From Vicinamibacteria bacterium (GTDB lineage: Bacteria; Acidobacteriota; Vicinamibacteria; Vicinamibacterales; JAENWD01), in assembly GCA_963763095.1 (NCBI GenBank), contig CAVXNR010000006.1:5167-69166 (forward strand): a DNA stretch of 64,000 nucleotides, given 5' to 3'. Each line of letters begins with the position of its first letter. Position 1 is the first letter of the stretch. This document shows positions 18,455 through 28,382 of this stretch, in pieces. The notes beneath the pieces were generated by a model. That model worked only from the letters and a program-made list of their open reading frames with translations. It was not told where the DNA came from and made no database searches. A program made the position numbers and the translations under genes.

Positions 18455-19270
18455 CTAGCCGACCGCCGCTCCTGCGTGACGTCGCAGGAACGCCAGTGTC
18501 CGATGATTGAACTCCTCGACGCGCTCGTAGAGCGCCGCGTGCGCACACCCTTCGAAGACGAGCAGTTCTGAATTCGGGATGTCGCGCTTCAGTCGATCGG
18601 CGAAACGGGTGGACGTGAGTTGATCGCGAGTCCCGACGGTGATGTGGGTCGGCGCGAGAATTCGTCCCAGATGTGGCTCGACATCGTGCGCGAGGACCGC
18701 ATTCGACTGCTGGATGAAGTCCGGCACGGATTGCGGCGGCCGGCTTCGGACGAACGCCGCCAGCGATTCGATGTAGTCCGGGCTCTCGGCATACAGCTCG
18801 GGCGTGAGACACCACGGGAAGATCGCCTGGATGATCATTTCGGGAACGTCCACGGCCCTGGCCACGATCTGCCAGCCTTCGACAACCGTTCGGAGGAAGC
18901 CATCCGTCCTGGTCCATCCGCTGTGCAGGGACAAGGAAGCCACCTTGTCCGGATGTTTCACCGCGAGCCACATGCCGACGGCGCCGCCGAGCGACAGACC
19001 GGCGACATGCGCCTTGGCGATGCCCATCGCCTGCATGAATGCCGCAACATCGTCGGCCAGCAGCTCGGTCGTGTAGGCGCCCTGCGGTTTGTCCGATTCG
19101 CCCGTTCCCCGCAGGTCCACGGAAATGCTCGTGAAGTGCCTGGCGTACTCCGGCACCTGAAACGCGTAACAGGCGTGATCCACGGCCAGGTAAGGAATGA
19201 GAATGAGCGGGTCACCGGTGCCCTGCTGGTCGTAGTTCATCGTGATCTTGTTGGCGGTTACTTTGGGCAT
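18455..19270 (-). CDS. Alpha/beta-fold hydrolase
   Basis: The start is taken at MPKVTANK (GGAGGGA upstream); the track extends it to 19297. It has the nucleophile elbow GLSLGG, DLRGTGESD, and a C-terminal GCAHAALYE (His). Confidence 0.85.
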   Translation of the reverse strand: MPKVTANKITMNYDQQGTGDPLILIPYLAVDHACYAFQVPEYARHFTSISVDLRGTGESDKPQGAYTTELLADDVAAFMQAMGIAKAHVAGLSLGGAVGMWLAVKHPDKVASLSLHSGWTRTDGFLRTVVEGWQIVARAVDVPEMIIQAIFPWCLTPELYAESPDYIESLAAFVRSRPPQSVPDFIQQSNAVLAHDVEPHLGRILAPTHITVGTRDQLTSTRFADRLKRDIPNSELLVFEGCAHAALYERVEEFNHRTLAFLRRHAGAAVG

Positions 19271-20090
19271 TGGAGTCCCTCCGGCAACGGCTCGCATTCC
19301 GCGGCGGCGATGAGCGCCATTCTGTCGCGGTCGGTGATATAGCCGCTGGTGGCCAGATGATCGGTCGCGCGCCTGACCCGGCTCAGGTACTGGTCTCGCG
19401 AGCGATACCGATCCAGCAGCTCATCGTCGGTGAATCGCGTGAGGGTGCCGCCGATGAACACGAATAGGTTGAACGGATCGAGTCCGAGTGGGTTGAGCGG
19501 GGTGTGTCGACCGAGCGGCGCGCCGGCGACTCGCTCGTGTATCGTCGACTCGACGTGCGGGAGTCGAAACCCGCCCGCGCAATGCCCATCGGCGTCGGTC
19601 ACCGGCACGAAGGCATCGATCGCGTCGACGCTCCCCCTGAAATATCGGGGAGGTGGGAGGACTCTCGCGGTGGCTGCCCCTCGTCCATCTGGCCAGGTTC
19701 TCCAGGGCGGCGCGGAGGATCGGCCGCGCGTCACCGCTGTTCTGATTGGGGAGGCCGAGCGGCAGGATGGGTTCGGGCAGATGTGAGATCCCGGCCATCT
19801 CGGTACCGGCGCCAGTTGGGATCGGTCGGATTGCGGGTGAAGAACGCGCTCTTCCCGAAGCCGAGAACTGTCGGGTCGAAGACCAACTCGTCGGTCTCCG
19901 ACGCGAGCACGATGGCACGGTCAACGGTTCCGTGCACCGTGATGTCGGCGTAGGTATAGCCGCGGGCGTTGTCACAGTCTCTCGCGGCATCCACCATCAC
20001 CGAAGTGATCGTGGCCTCGACTCTGATCGGAGCAAGCGTCAGCGCGATCAACGCGCATGTTGCCGCTTTCCACACCGTTGGGTTGGTCAT
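19258..20090 (-). pseudogene. Secreted protein with an Abhydrolase_10-like C-terminal region; two frame breaks
   Basis: Three successive frames are used: a signal peptide plus ~95 aa (ORF 19731..20090), then AGISHLPEPILPLGLPNQNSGDARPILRAALENLARW (within ORF 19421..19990), then PPPRYFRGS...DADGHCAGGFRLPHV...DELLDRYRSRDQYLSRV (ORF 19258..19734). The breaks lie near 19810 and 19690. It is shorter than typical family members. Confidence 0.5.
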
Positions 20091-20169
20091 CGGGTTCGTC
20101 CAGTGGGCCCTGCGCCCTACCCCAATAGGCGCTCTTGCGATGGCTCAGGGCTCACGGACGGGCGCTAGA

Positions 20170-20769
20170 ATGACGCGAGAGGCGAAATCGATGGCCGACG
20201 ACGCCGATGCCTCAGAGCGCCAGCACATAGCCCAGGTTCTTGCCGATTGGGCCAACCGCGATCCGGTCGCGCGAGATCGGCTCGTGCCGATCGTCTACGA
20301 AGAGCTGCGCCGGCTCGCCCACCACTACATGCGCAACGAGCGCGAGGGCCACACGCTGCAGACGACGGCGCTGGTCAACGAGCTGTATCTGCGGCTGGCC
20401 GGGATTGACGGCCTGGAGTGGCGGGATCGTGCCCACTTCTTCGCGATGGCCGCGACATTGATGCGCCGCGTCCTAGTGGATTACGCGCGTCAGCGGGCGC
20501 GAGACAAGCGGGGCGGCGGCCTCTCAGTGACCTCCCTCGACGAAAACGTGATCGCCCCGCAGCGTGCGGTCGACGTCGTCGAGCTCGACGACGCGCTGGA
20601 GCGCCTCGCGACCGTCGATCTTCAACAGAGCCGGGTCGTCGAGCTCAGATTCTTTGTCGGCTTGTCGGTGGAGGAAACCGCCGAAGCCCTCGGCATTTCG
20701 CCGGCAACCGTGAAGCGTGACTGGGCGACCGCGAAGTTGTGGCTGTATAACGAGCTCAGCGCCGGATGA
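20170..20769 (+). CDS. ECF sigma factor, TIGR02999/ECF43-like (kinase-associated)
   Basis: Its motifs are IAQVLADWANRDPVARDRL and LQTTALVNELYLRL. Region 4 reads VVELRFFVGLSVEETAEALGISPATVKRDWATAKLWL. The start is taken at the ATG at 20170; the track ORF begins at 19969. Confidence 0.88.
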   Translation: MTREAKSMADDADASERQHIAQVLADWANRDPVARDRLVPIVYEELRRLAHHYMRNEREGHTLQTTALVNELYLRLAGIDGLEWRDRAHFFAMAATLMRRVLVDYARQRARDKRGGGLSVTSLDENVIAPQRAVDVVELDDALERLATVDLQQSRVVELRFFVGLSVEETAEALGISPATVKRDWATAKLWLYNELSAG

Positions 20770-23297
20770 ACACACTGGACGATTGGCCGCGAGTGAAGCG
20801 CGTGCTTGAAGGCGCGCTGGCCTGCGACGACTCCGAACGCCAGGCGTATCTTGCCGAGGCGTGCGGAGACGACGCGGTGTTGCGCGCGCGGATCGATCGG
20901 CTGCTGGCTGCAGGCGATCGTGTCGAGACCTTCCTGGAAACCCCGGCGGCGTTGCTGCTCGAGCCGGACGTCCGTGAAGACTTGACTGGCCGTGTCGTGG
21001 ACTCCTATCGGCTGCTCTCGCGGCTGGGCGCGGGCGGCATGGGCGAGGTGTATCTTGCCCACGACGCCAAGCTCGATCGTCCGGTGGCGCTCAAATTCCT
21101 GTCGCCAGATCTCGCCGTTGACCGCGATCGGCTACGACGGTTTCATCAGGAAGCCCGGGCCGCGTCCAGCCTGAACCACCCCCATATCGTCGTCGTTCAC
21201 GATTTCGGCGAGGTCGAGGACCGTCCGTACCTCGTCACGGAGTTCATCGAGGGTGAGACGCTGCGGCACCGTTTGCAGCGGGGCCCTCTGGTGATGCGCG
21301 ACGTCGTGGACGTCGGTGTCCAGCTGGCCAGTGCGCTCGCGGCGGCGCATGCCCGCGGTCTCGTGCATCGCGATATCAAGCCCGAGAACATCATGCTGCG
21401 CCCCGACGGCTACGCGAAAGTTCTCGATTTCGGTCTCGCGAAGCTCGCGGCCGCAACGGGATCGGCCGACCCGGCTCACCGGGAGTCACGCACGCAACCG
21501 GGCATGGTCGTCGGCACGCCACATTACATGTCGCCGGAGCAGATGCGCGGGCTCGACGCGGACGCGCGCAGCGATGTCTGGAGTCTCGGTGTTGTGCTGT
21601 ACGAAATGGCGACCGGCCGGCTTCCGTTTGCCGGCGATGGTACGGTAGCGGTCGATCGCACTCTTCCACCCGAGCTGTCCACCATCATCTGCAAGGCCCT
21701 GCAGCCGGCTCGTGACCTCCGCCACGCGAGCGGGGCGGAAGTCTGCGCGGATCTCAAACGCGTACCAGCCGGGATCACCGCCGCTCACTCGCGTTCTCGA
21801 ACACGGACGGTGGCCGCCGTACTCGCGATTGCGGCAGGCGCGCTTCTCACGATCCCGATGATCCGCACCCACCGTGCGACGGTCTCGACTGGTGGTGCGC
21901 AGAAAACGGTGGCCGTGCTGCCATTCGACAGCATCGACGGCGGCGCTGAAACGGAGTACCTGCGCCTGGCGCTTGCCGACGAAGTCGCGACGGCGCTCAA
22001 CGGGACGCCGTCGCTCGCCGTGCGGCCCATGGCCGCGTCGAAACGATTCGTCGGCCGCAGTGTCAGCCCGCAACAGGCGGGCCAGCAACTGCGCGTCGAG
22101 GAGATCGTGACCGGCCACTTCTCGGCGCATCAATCGGAGTTGCGTATCACGGTCGAAGCGGTCGAAGTCGACGGCAACCGCCTGCTCTGGCATGACTCGA
22201 TCGCGGCGCGGACGGATGATCCGCTGGCGGTTCGCGATCAGCTGATCTCCCTGATCCGAAACGGCCTGTTACCCGCGTTGGGCACAGGCGCACCCACACC
22301 CACTCATGCGCGACCGAGACACCCCGAGGCATACGCCGTCTACTTGAAGAGCCTCGCAATCTCGAGCGACCCGGGACCAAACCGGGAAGCGATTGCGATG
22401 CTCGAACGCGCGAGTCTGATCGACCCTGATTACACCGCCACGTGGGTCTCGCTCGCGGATCGCTATTACTACGAGGGCCACTACGGTGGCGGCGGAGGCG
22501 GTGCGCTGCGGCGCGCGGAAGCCTCGGCCCGGCAGGCGCTTGCGCTCGATCCCGATTACATGAGTGCTGCCGTCCGGTTGCTCAGTCTGCAGGTCGAGGC
22601 CGGCCGTCTTCAGGACGGCTACGATGGCGCCCGGCAACTCGTGGCCCGGCACCCCGACAGTGGTGAAGCCCACTTCGTCTTGAGTTATGTACTGCGATAT
22701 GGCGGGCTGCTGGAGGAATCCGCGACCGCGTGCGAGCAAGCGGTCTCGCGCGACCCGACGAATCCTTTGTTCCGTTCATGCGGCCAACCGCTGATGCTGC
22801 TCGGCCGGTACGATCGCGCGCTTGATTACATTCGTCTCGACAGCGGCTCGGACTGGGCGATGGTGGTTACGCGTTTGCTCTATCAGCGGATGGCCAGGCG
22901 CACTGACGCACGCGAGCAGCACGCTCGACTGCCTCCAGAGTATCTCCGCGGAATAGCGCCTGACATGTTCTACGGCCTGCTCTCGCGATGTCTCGCAGGC
23001 GCTCCACCGGACAAGCAAGGACACGTGACCGATGATGACGTCAGGATCTTCCTGAGCGTGCGCGAGGATCCTGAGCCACTGTACTTCTGGGCGAGCGATC
23101 TCGCGTACTGTGGTCACACGAAGCCGGCCATGCAGCTTCTGCGCGAATCCATCCGTCGAAACTTCTGCGCGACGGCGATCGAAATCGACCCGACATTCGC
23201 CGAGATTCGCAGCAGCACCGAATACGGCGAGCTACTTGCCGCCGCCCAGGCATGCCGCGCCCGGTTCCGCGAGCATGTGAGAACATCTACGCCGTGA
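20766..23297 (+). CDS. Ser/Thr protein kinase with TM segment, TolB_N-like module and TPR-like C-terminus
   Basis: Its ATG overlaps the sigma gene TGA (ATGA at 20766..20769). The kinase motifs are GAGGMGEVYLA, HRDIKPEN and DFGLAK. A TM helix, KTVAVLPFDSIDG and helical repeats follow. Confidence 0.92.
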   Translation: MNTLDDWPRVKRVLEGALACDDSERQAYLAEACGDDAVLRARIDRLLAAGDRVETFLETPAALLLEPDVREDLTGRVVDSYRLLSRLGAGGMGEVYLAHDAKLDRPVALKFLSPDLAVDRDRLRRFHQEARAASSLNHPHIVVVHDFGEVEDRPYLVTEFIEGETLRHRLQRGPLVMRDVVDVGVQLASALAAAHARGLVHRDIKPENIMLRPDGYAKVLDFGLAKLAAATGSADPAHRESRTQPGMVVGTPHYMSPEQMRGLDADARSDVWSLGVVLYEMATGRLPFAGDGTVAVDRTLPPELSTIICKALQPARDLRHASGAEVCADLKRVPAGITAAHSRSRTRTVAAVLAIAAGALLTIPMIRTHRATVSTGGAQKTVAVLPFDSIDGGAETEYLRLALADEVATALNGTPSLAVRPMAASKRFVGRSVSPQQAGQQLRVEEIVTGHFSAHQSELRITVEAVEVDGNRLLWHDSIAARTDDPLAVRDQLISLIRNGLLPALGTGAPTPTHARPRHPEAYAVYLKSLAISSDPGPNREAIAMLERASLIDPDYTATWVSLADRYYYEGHYGGGGGGALRRAEASARQALALDPDYMSAAVRLLSLQVEAGRLQDGYDGARQLVARHPDSGEAHFVLSYVLRYGGLLEESATACEQAVSRDPTNPLFRSCGQPLMLLGRYDRALDYIRLDSGSDWAMVVTRLLYQRMARRTDAREQHARLPPEYLRGIAPDMFYGLLSRCLAGAPPDKQGHVTDDDVRIFLSVREDPEPLYFWASDLAYCGHTKPAMQLLRESIRRNFCATAIEIDPTFAEIRSSTEYGELLAAAQACRARFREHVRTSTP

Positions 23298-23415
23298 AAC
23301 GCTGTCGTGCGGGATAGGATGCCGTGGCGGGAGAAGTTCTAAGGTGAAAATGGGCCGTCGAGGCAACTCATGGACACGACAGTGTTTAGAAGGTCACTCC
23401 TCCGGCTGGATCGAA

Positions 23416-23567
23416 TTAGCGAGCACTCCGGAGTCCATCGACTCGACGAAGCTAGCTGATCAACGGGTTCCAACCGGCGATGTTCTGGTCCCCAACTCCA
23501 AGTCGTTGATTCTACACGACTGAAATCGCCTACCCCACTCCGTAGATCGAACCGTAGTGACTGTGTC
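23416..23567 (-). repeat. Dispersed repeat family, long copy R5
   Basis: It aligns with R1 over about 150 nt, including the AGTCGT...ACGACT hairpin. The reverse-strand tail reads L(V)DQNIAGWNPLIS*LRRVDGLRSAR*, with a 1-nt gap and a TGG-to-TAG change. Weaker similarity continues to ~23325. Confidence 0.8.
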
Positions 23568-23589
23568 GTCTTGCTGCTGAAGTGCCTCC

Positions 23590-23818
23590 ATTGTGCAGCA
23601 GTCTTCCTGTCTAGCGACTCCGTCATCGCCAGGTTCACGAGGAGGGAACTCGTCGGCTCCAACGACGGCCGCCTCTACGGGCTCGATCTCGCCAGCGGCA
23701 AGAAGGTCTGGAATACGAAGCCGCCTCGCCCGTGACGTCCTCCCCGGCCGTCGCCAAGGGCAAGGTCGTCGTCGCCACGGCCGACGGCCAGGTCATCTGC
23801 TTCGGATAACGCCAAACG
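23590..23818 (+). pseudogene. C-terminal remnant of a PQQ-like (BamB-type) beta-propeller protein
   Basis: It reads ...ELVGSNDGRLYGLDLASGKKVW, then shifts frame at ~23711 (GG where GGG is needed), then EYEAASPVTSSPAVAKGKVVVATADGQVICFG*. No N-terminal part is present, and it abuts repeat R5. Confidence 0.6.
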
Positions 23819-23892
23819 CCAACAGTTGACAGCCTCTCCCCAAAGGGAGGAAACTTCCCACTTCCATAGTTCGTCTATGCAAAGAGAAGCTG

Positions 23893-24237
23893 ATGAAAGA
23901 AGCCAAGACGAAGAGCAAGAACGAGCTGCTTCCGGGCACGCTCGAGATGTTGATTCTGAAGACGCTGTCGATCGAGTCGATGCACGGCTACGGCATCGCG
24001 CAGCACATCCAGATGCTGTCGGCGGACGTGCTGACGATCGAAGAGGGATCGCTGTATCCGGCGCTGCAGCGGATGCTCGTCAAGGGATGGGTGTTGGCCG
24101 AGTGGAAGATTTCGGCGAACAACCGGCGAGCGCGCTTCTACACGCTCACGACTGCCGGGAAGAAGCAGCTCGGCGTCGAGGAATCGCGATTCTCCCAGAT
24201 GTTCGGCGCGATCATGCGCGTGATGAAGACGACGTAG
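23893..24237 (+). CDS. PadR-family transcriptional regulator
   Basis: A 114-aa ORF with LEMLILKTLSIESMHGYGIAQHI, GSLYPALQRMLVKGWV and RRARFYTLTTAGKKQL. It lies directly upstream of an ADOP-type permease, which is the known acidobacterial pairing. Confidence 0.92.
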   Translation: MKEAKTKSKNELLPGTLEMLILKTLSIESMHGYGIAQHIQMLSADVLTIEEGSLYPALQRMLVKGWVLAEWKISANNRRARFYTLTTAGKKQLGVEESRFSQMFGAIMRVMKTT

Positions 24238-24261
24238 TGTCCTGACTCTCAGGAGGGTGCC

Positions 24262-26969
24262 GTGGGTTCTGTGCTCCGACGTCTGCTGTTCTTCTTCCAG
24301 CGGAATCAGTTCGATCGGGATCTGGAAGACGAGCTGCGCTTTCACGAGGAGATGAAGGCGCACGCCCTCGCCGACGCGGATGGCATGAGCGGCGACGAGG
24401 CGCGGGCGGCCGCGCGGCGGCGGATTGGCAATCCGCTGCGGCTGCGCGAACAGTCGCGCGAACCGTGGATCTTCCCGACGGTCGAAACGTTCGCGCAGGA
24501 CGTGCGTCACGCGCTGCGATTGATGCGGCGCGATCCGGCGTTCACCTTCACCGCCCTCGCCACGCTCGCGCTCGGCATCGGCCTCAACACCGCGATTTTC
24601 TCCGTCGCCTACGGCGTGCTCTGGCGTCCGCTGCCGTATCCCAATCCCGATCGCCTCGTCATCGTCTCGTCAGCGCAGCAGACCGAGACGGGCGTCAAGA
24701 CGTTCTCGACCTGGGCGCCCGTGTCGTACGAGGCGCTGCGCCCGCGCGTCACCGCGCTCGATCATCTCGCGGCCTACGCCTCGATCGACGCGCAGCTCAC
24801 CGGACGCGGCGAGCCGCTGCAGGTGCCCGCGCTCGACGTGAGTCCGAATTTCTTCGCCACGCTGGGCGTCAGTCCCGCGCGCGGCCGCGCGTTCCTCACC
24901 GGCGCCGCGGCGCCAGACGACGATCGCAGCGCGATCGTCAGCGATCGGCTGTGGCGCACGTCGCTCAAGGCCGATCCGGCGATCGTCGGACAGTCCATCA
25001 CCATCGACGGCCTCCCCCGTACCGTCGTCGGCGTGCTGCCGCCGGACTTCAGCTTCAGGCCGGTGATCCCCGGCATCGGCGCGCTGCCGGAAGCGGACAT
25101 CTTTCTGCCCAATCGCTGGCCCGGCGACACCGGCAGGAGACGCGTTTCTCTTCCTGCTGGGCCGCATGAAGCCAGGCGTGACGCAGGAACGCGCGGAAGC
25201 GGAATTGACGGCGCTGGTGAACGATTCGTCGATCGTGCCCGCCGGCGCACTCGGGCCCGAAGGCGCCCTCGCGCCGAACGTCCGCACGCTCGCGCGCGCG
25301 GTCGGCTTGCAGGAGTACGGCACGGAGTCGGTGCGCACGCTGCTGCTGATCCTGCTCGGGGCGGTGTCGTTCGTGCTGCTGATCGCCTGCGTCAACGTCG
25401 CGAACCTGCAGATGGCGCGCCTCACCGCGCGCCGCGGCGAACTGTCCGTACGCATGGCCCTCGGCGCGGGACGCCGGCGGATCGTGCGTCAGTTGCTGAC
25501 GGAAGCGGTCGTGTTGTCGCTGCTGGGCGCGTCGCTCGGCGTGATGCTCGCGCAGATCGCGATCGACGTCACGCTGCCGCTCGTGCCGCAATTCGCGCTG
25601 CCACGCCTCGGCGGCATCGTGATCGACGCGCGCGTGATGGCGTTCTGCCTCGGCTTGTCGCTCGTCTCGACGCTGCTGATCGGCCTCGTGCCGGCGCTGC
25701 GCGTCAGCGGGGCCGCGTTTGGCGAAGGCCTCGCGCTGCACGCCGGCGAAGCGCGCACGACGGGCGACCGTCAGGGCGAGCGGCTGCGGACGCTGCTGGT
25801 CGCCGCGCAGATCGCGATGACGCTCGTCCTCCTGATCGGCGCGGGCCTGCTGATTCACAGCTTCGTGCGTCTCACGTCGGTGTCGCCCGGCTTCGAATCG
25901 AGCGGGCGCGACGGCGTCGTGCAGACCGTCAGGGTGACGCTGCCCGAACGCCTCTACGACGAGCCCGAGCGCATCCATGCGTTCGCGCGCGGCGTGCTCG
26001 ATCGCATCCAGTACCTGCCGGGCGTGACGTCGGCGAGCCTGATCAACTCGGCGCCGTTCGGCATGATGTTCATCCGCGACGAATTCGGCATCGAAGGGCA
26101 GCCGAAGCCGACGCTCGATGCCGGCAGGCCGAAGATCGACGCGGACTATTTCAAGACCATGGGGATTCCGCTGCTGGCGGGACGCGAGTTCACCGCACGG
26201 GACACGGCGGGAGCGCTGAAAGTGGCGATCGTCAGCGAGCGCATCGTGCGCGACTACTTTCCGGGTGGTCCGGGCGAGGCGCTCGGCCGGCGCGTGCGCC
26301 TGGGCGATCACGGCGAGTGGCTGACGGTGGTGGGCGTGGTCGCGGACATCCGTCAGATGGGACTCGATCAGGAAGTGCAGCCAATGATCTACGTGCCGTT
26401 CCAGCAGGAGCGCCGCGAGGTCTTCGTCCTGCGGTTCGTGTCGTTCGTCGCGCGCACGGCCACACCCGCCAGCGTGGTCGAAGGCATCCGCGCGGAAATT
26501 CGCCGCGCCGCGCCCGATCTGCCGATCGAGAGCACGGGGACGATGGACGAAGCGGTGGCGGCGTCGGTGGCGCCGCCGCGTTTCCGGATGTTGCTGCTGG
26601 TGCTGTTCGCGATCGCCGCGACGCTGATCGCGACGTGCGGCATCTACGGATTGATGGCCTACGCGGTGACGCAGCGCCGCCGCGAGATCGGCGTGCGCAT
26701 GGCGCTCGGCGCCGAACGCCGCGACGTGCTCCGCCTCGTGCTCACGCGCGCGCTCCGCATCGTCGTCGCCGGCCTGATCGTCGGCCTCGCCGGGGCGGTC
26801 GGCGATGACTCGCGTGCTGCAGAGGTTCCTGTTCGGGGTGACGCCGACCGATCCGATCGCGTTCACGATCGTCACGCTGCTGCTGATGGCGGTGGGACTG
26901 ATGGCGGCATGGCTGCCCGCGCGCCGCGCGACAAGGATCGACCCGTGCGCCGCGCTGCGCGCGGAATAG
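24262..26969 (+). CDS. ADOP-type duplicated MacB/FtsX-like permease; two frame breaks
   Basis: The N-terminus reads DVRHALRLMRRDPAFTFTALATLALGIGLNTAIFSV...WRPLPYPNPDRLV. There are two FtsX modules. It is split across ORFs 24262.., 25166.. and a final frame ending ...WLPARRATRIDPCAALRAE* at 26969. The breaks lie near 25130..25141 and 26800. Confidence 0.88.
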
Positions 26970-27011
26970 CCGTCAACGCAAGTGCCAACCGTTTTGTCGC
27001 CGGTTGACGGC
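26969..27011 (+). terminator. Hairpin immediately after the permease stop
   Basis: GCCGTCAAC (26969..26977) pairs with GTTGACGGC (27003..27011). An alternative inner stem is CAACCG/CGGTTG around TTTTGTCGC. There is no clean U-tract. Confidence 0.35.
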
Positions 27012-27159
27012 AAATTCTCGGCGTCCGGGTCAGAAGCCGTCTCGAGACGATGATCGAGAAGGGTTCCAGTGTCGATGCGATCGCCCTTTCGAACGAACTA
27101 TTCGGTTGCCGTAGCTGCGGCCACAGGTCCTGTTTTCAGCCGTTTTCGACGCTCATGCG

Positions 27160-28128
27160 GTGGCGCAAACATCGGTGATGCTGACGTTCCGCGGCCCGCT
27201 CCAAGAGCCGGTGGCGATCGCGGGGGCGCAGTTGTTGGTCACGGCGTGGGGTGTTACGGAGCAATATGAGCTGTCGATCGAGGGCAATGTTGTCCGGGTC
27301 GACATGGAGGCGACCCGTCCCGAATTCGCCGATCGGATTGCGGACACGAGGGGATTTGTTTACGTGAAAGCTGCGGGGTACGCGCCGGTCATGTCTGAAG
27401 CGTTCACATGGCCAGCCGCAAGCGTTCCAACTGTGATTGATTTCCGAAACGGCCGCCGGCTCGCGATCGCCAAAGGTGCCAAGGCGTCACTCGATATTCC
27501 CATCCGCCGTCCGCTGCCACGCCGTGTGCGACTTGTCGACCTCGAAGGGCGAGCGGTCGTCGGTGCGAAAGTTGAAGCCGCCGCGTACTGGCGAACCCCC
27601 AACCACTGCGGTTTCTTGAACGGCAGGGACGTTCTCGCATCGAGTTCCACGAATGAGGATGGAACCGTCGACATTCCCGACGTGGATGGGCCCCATGTCT
27701 TCAGCTTGCTGGAACCACAGATGCTCTTCGCGGATGCAGATAACGACTACCCGGCTGGATTCGCGAGGCAGGGTCTGATTGCGACGCTCAGCCGACGCGA
27801 AACAACGCTGCACGTGCGTCGCTACGAGCGACAGGGTCTCGCTCTCGACATCGTCAGCAACGGTAAACCAGTGTCGGGCGCGGTGCTCTGGTCAGACGCG
27901 GGACTCGGTATCTGCGGCGCCGGCTATGGCCCGCTCGCCACGGCCGATTCCGAAGGTCGCATCCGCATGGAGCCGTTTTACCCCGAAATGTGGAGGAACT
28001 ACTGGATCTGCGCCGGCAGCAAGCAGGTATGGGTTCTTCCGCAAGACGGAAAGCTCCCGGCGAGGATCGAGGTCGGCGTGACGCCAAGTGCCGAGCCCAA
28101 CGCCCTCGCTGATCTCTGCGGTAAGTAG
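27160..28128 (+). CDS. Hypothetical protein with carboxypeptidase-regulatory-like beta-sandwich segments
   Basis: A 322-aa ORF with a GTG start. Segments such as RLVDLEGRAVVGAKVEA...STNEDGTVDIPDV fit the CarboxypepD_reg pattern. There is no signal peptide. By eye, third positions are less G/C-rich than in neighbouring genes. Confidence 0.6.
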   Translation: MAQTSVMLTFRGPLQEPVAIAGAQLLVTAWGVTEQYELSIEGNVVRVDMEATRPEFADRIADTRGFVYVKAAGYAPVMSEAFTWPAASVPTVIDFRNGRRLAIAKGAKASLDIPIRRPLPRRVRLVDLEGRAVVGAKVEAAAYWRTPNHCGFLNGRDVLASSSTNEDGTVDIPDVDGPHVFSLLEPQMLFADADNDYPAGFARQGLIATLSRRETTLHVRRYERQGLALDIVSNGKPVSGAVLWSDAGLGICGAGYGPLATADSEGRIRMEPFYPEMWRNYWICAGSKQVWVLPQDGKLPARIEVGVTPSAEPNALADLCGK

Positions 28129-28382
28129 CTCGACGCGGCCGTTATGGCCGCACCCTCGATAGCTCTGACGGCCCGCAGCCAGCCCGAGATAGTAGGCGAC
28201 CCGACAGCACCGGACGCGGTACAACAAAGTCCTCTGAAATCGCCGCGGTCGCGCACTATAGTGCAGGGAAGCTGGGTTACACTGTCCTGCCCGTGTCCAG
28301 CGGTCGAACCGAGAAGCCGCCGCTCTTCGCGCCAGTTCTTCCGTAAGCCGTGTAACACCTGCGCCCGTCGTGGCACTTCGAT

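Noticed and set aside
25055-27013. A 652-aa reverse-strand ORF opposite the ADOP permease. Similar long antisense ORFs occur at 9897..11459, 41097..42746, 55837..57414, 32771..34201, 29852..30985, 59887..60909 and 61760..63058.
   Set aside because: Each lies opposite a gene with clear family motifs and has an Arg/Asp/Glu/His-rich composition without recognisable domains. They are absence-of-stop artefacts of high G+C.
27061-27090. A possible seventh copy of the dispersed repeat (GGGTTCCAGTGTCGATGCGATCGCC; the reverse strand reads ..HWNPSRSS..).
   Set aside because: Only the GGGTTCCA/WNP portion matches. The TCTGG.CCACCAAC half and the rest of the tail pattern are absent.
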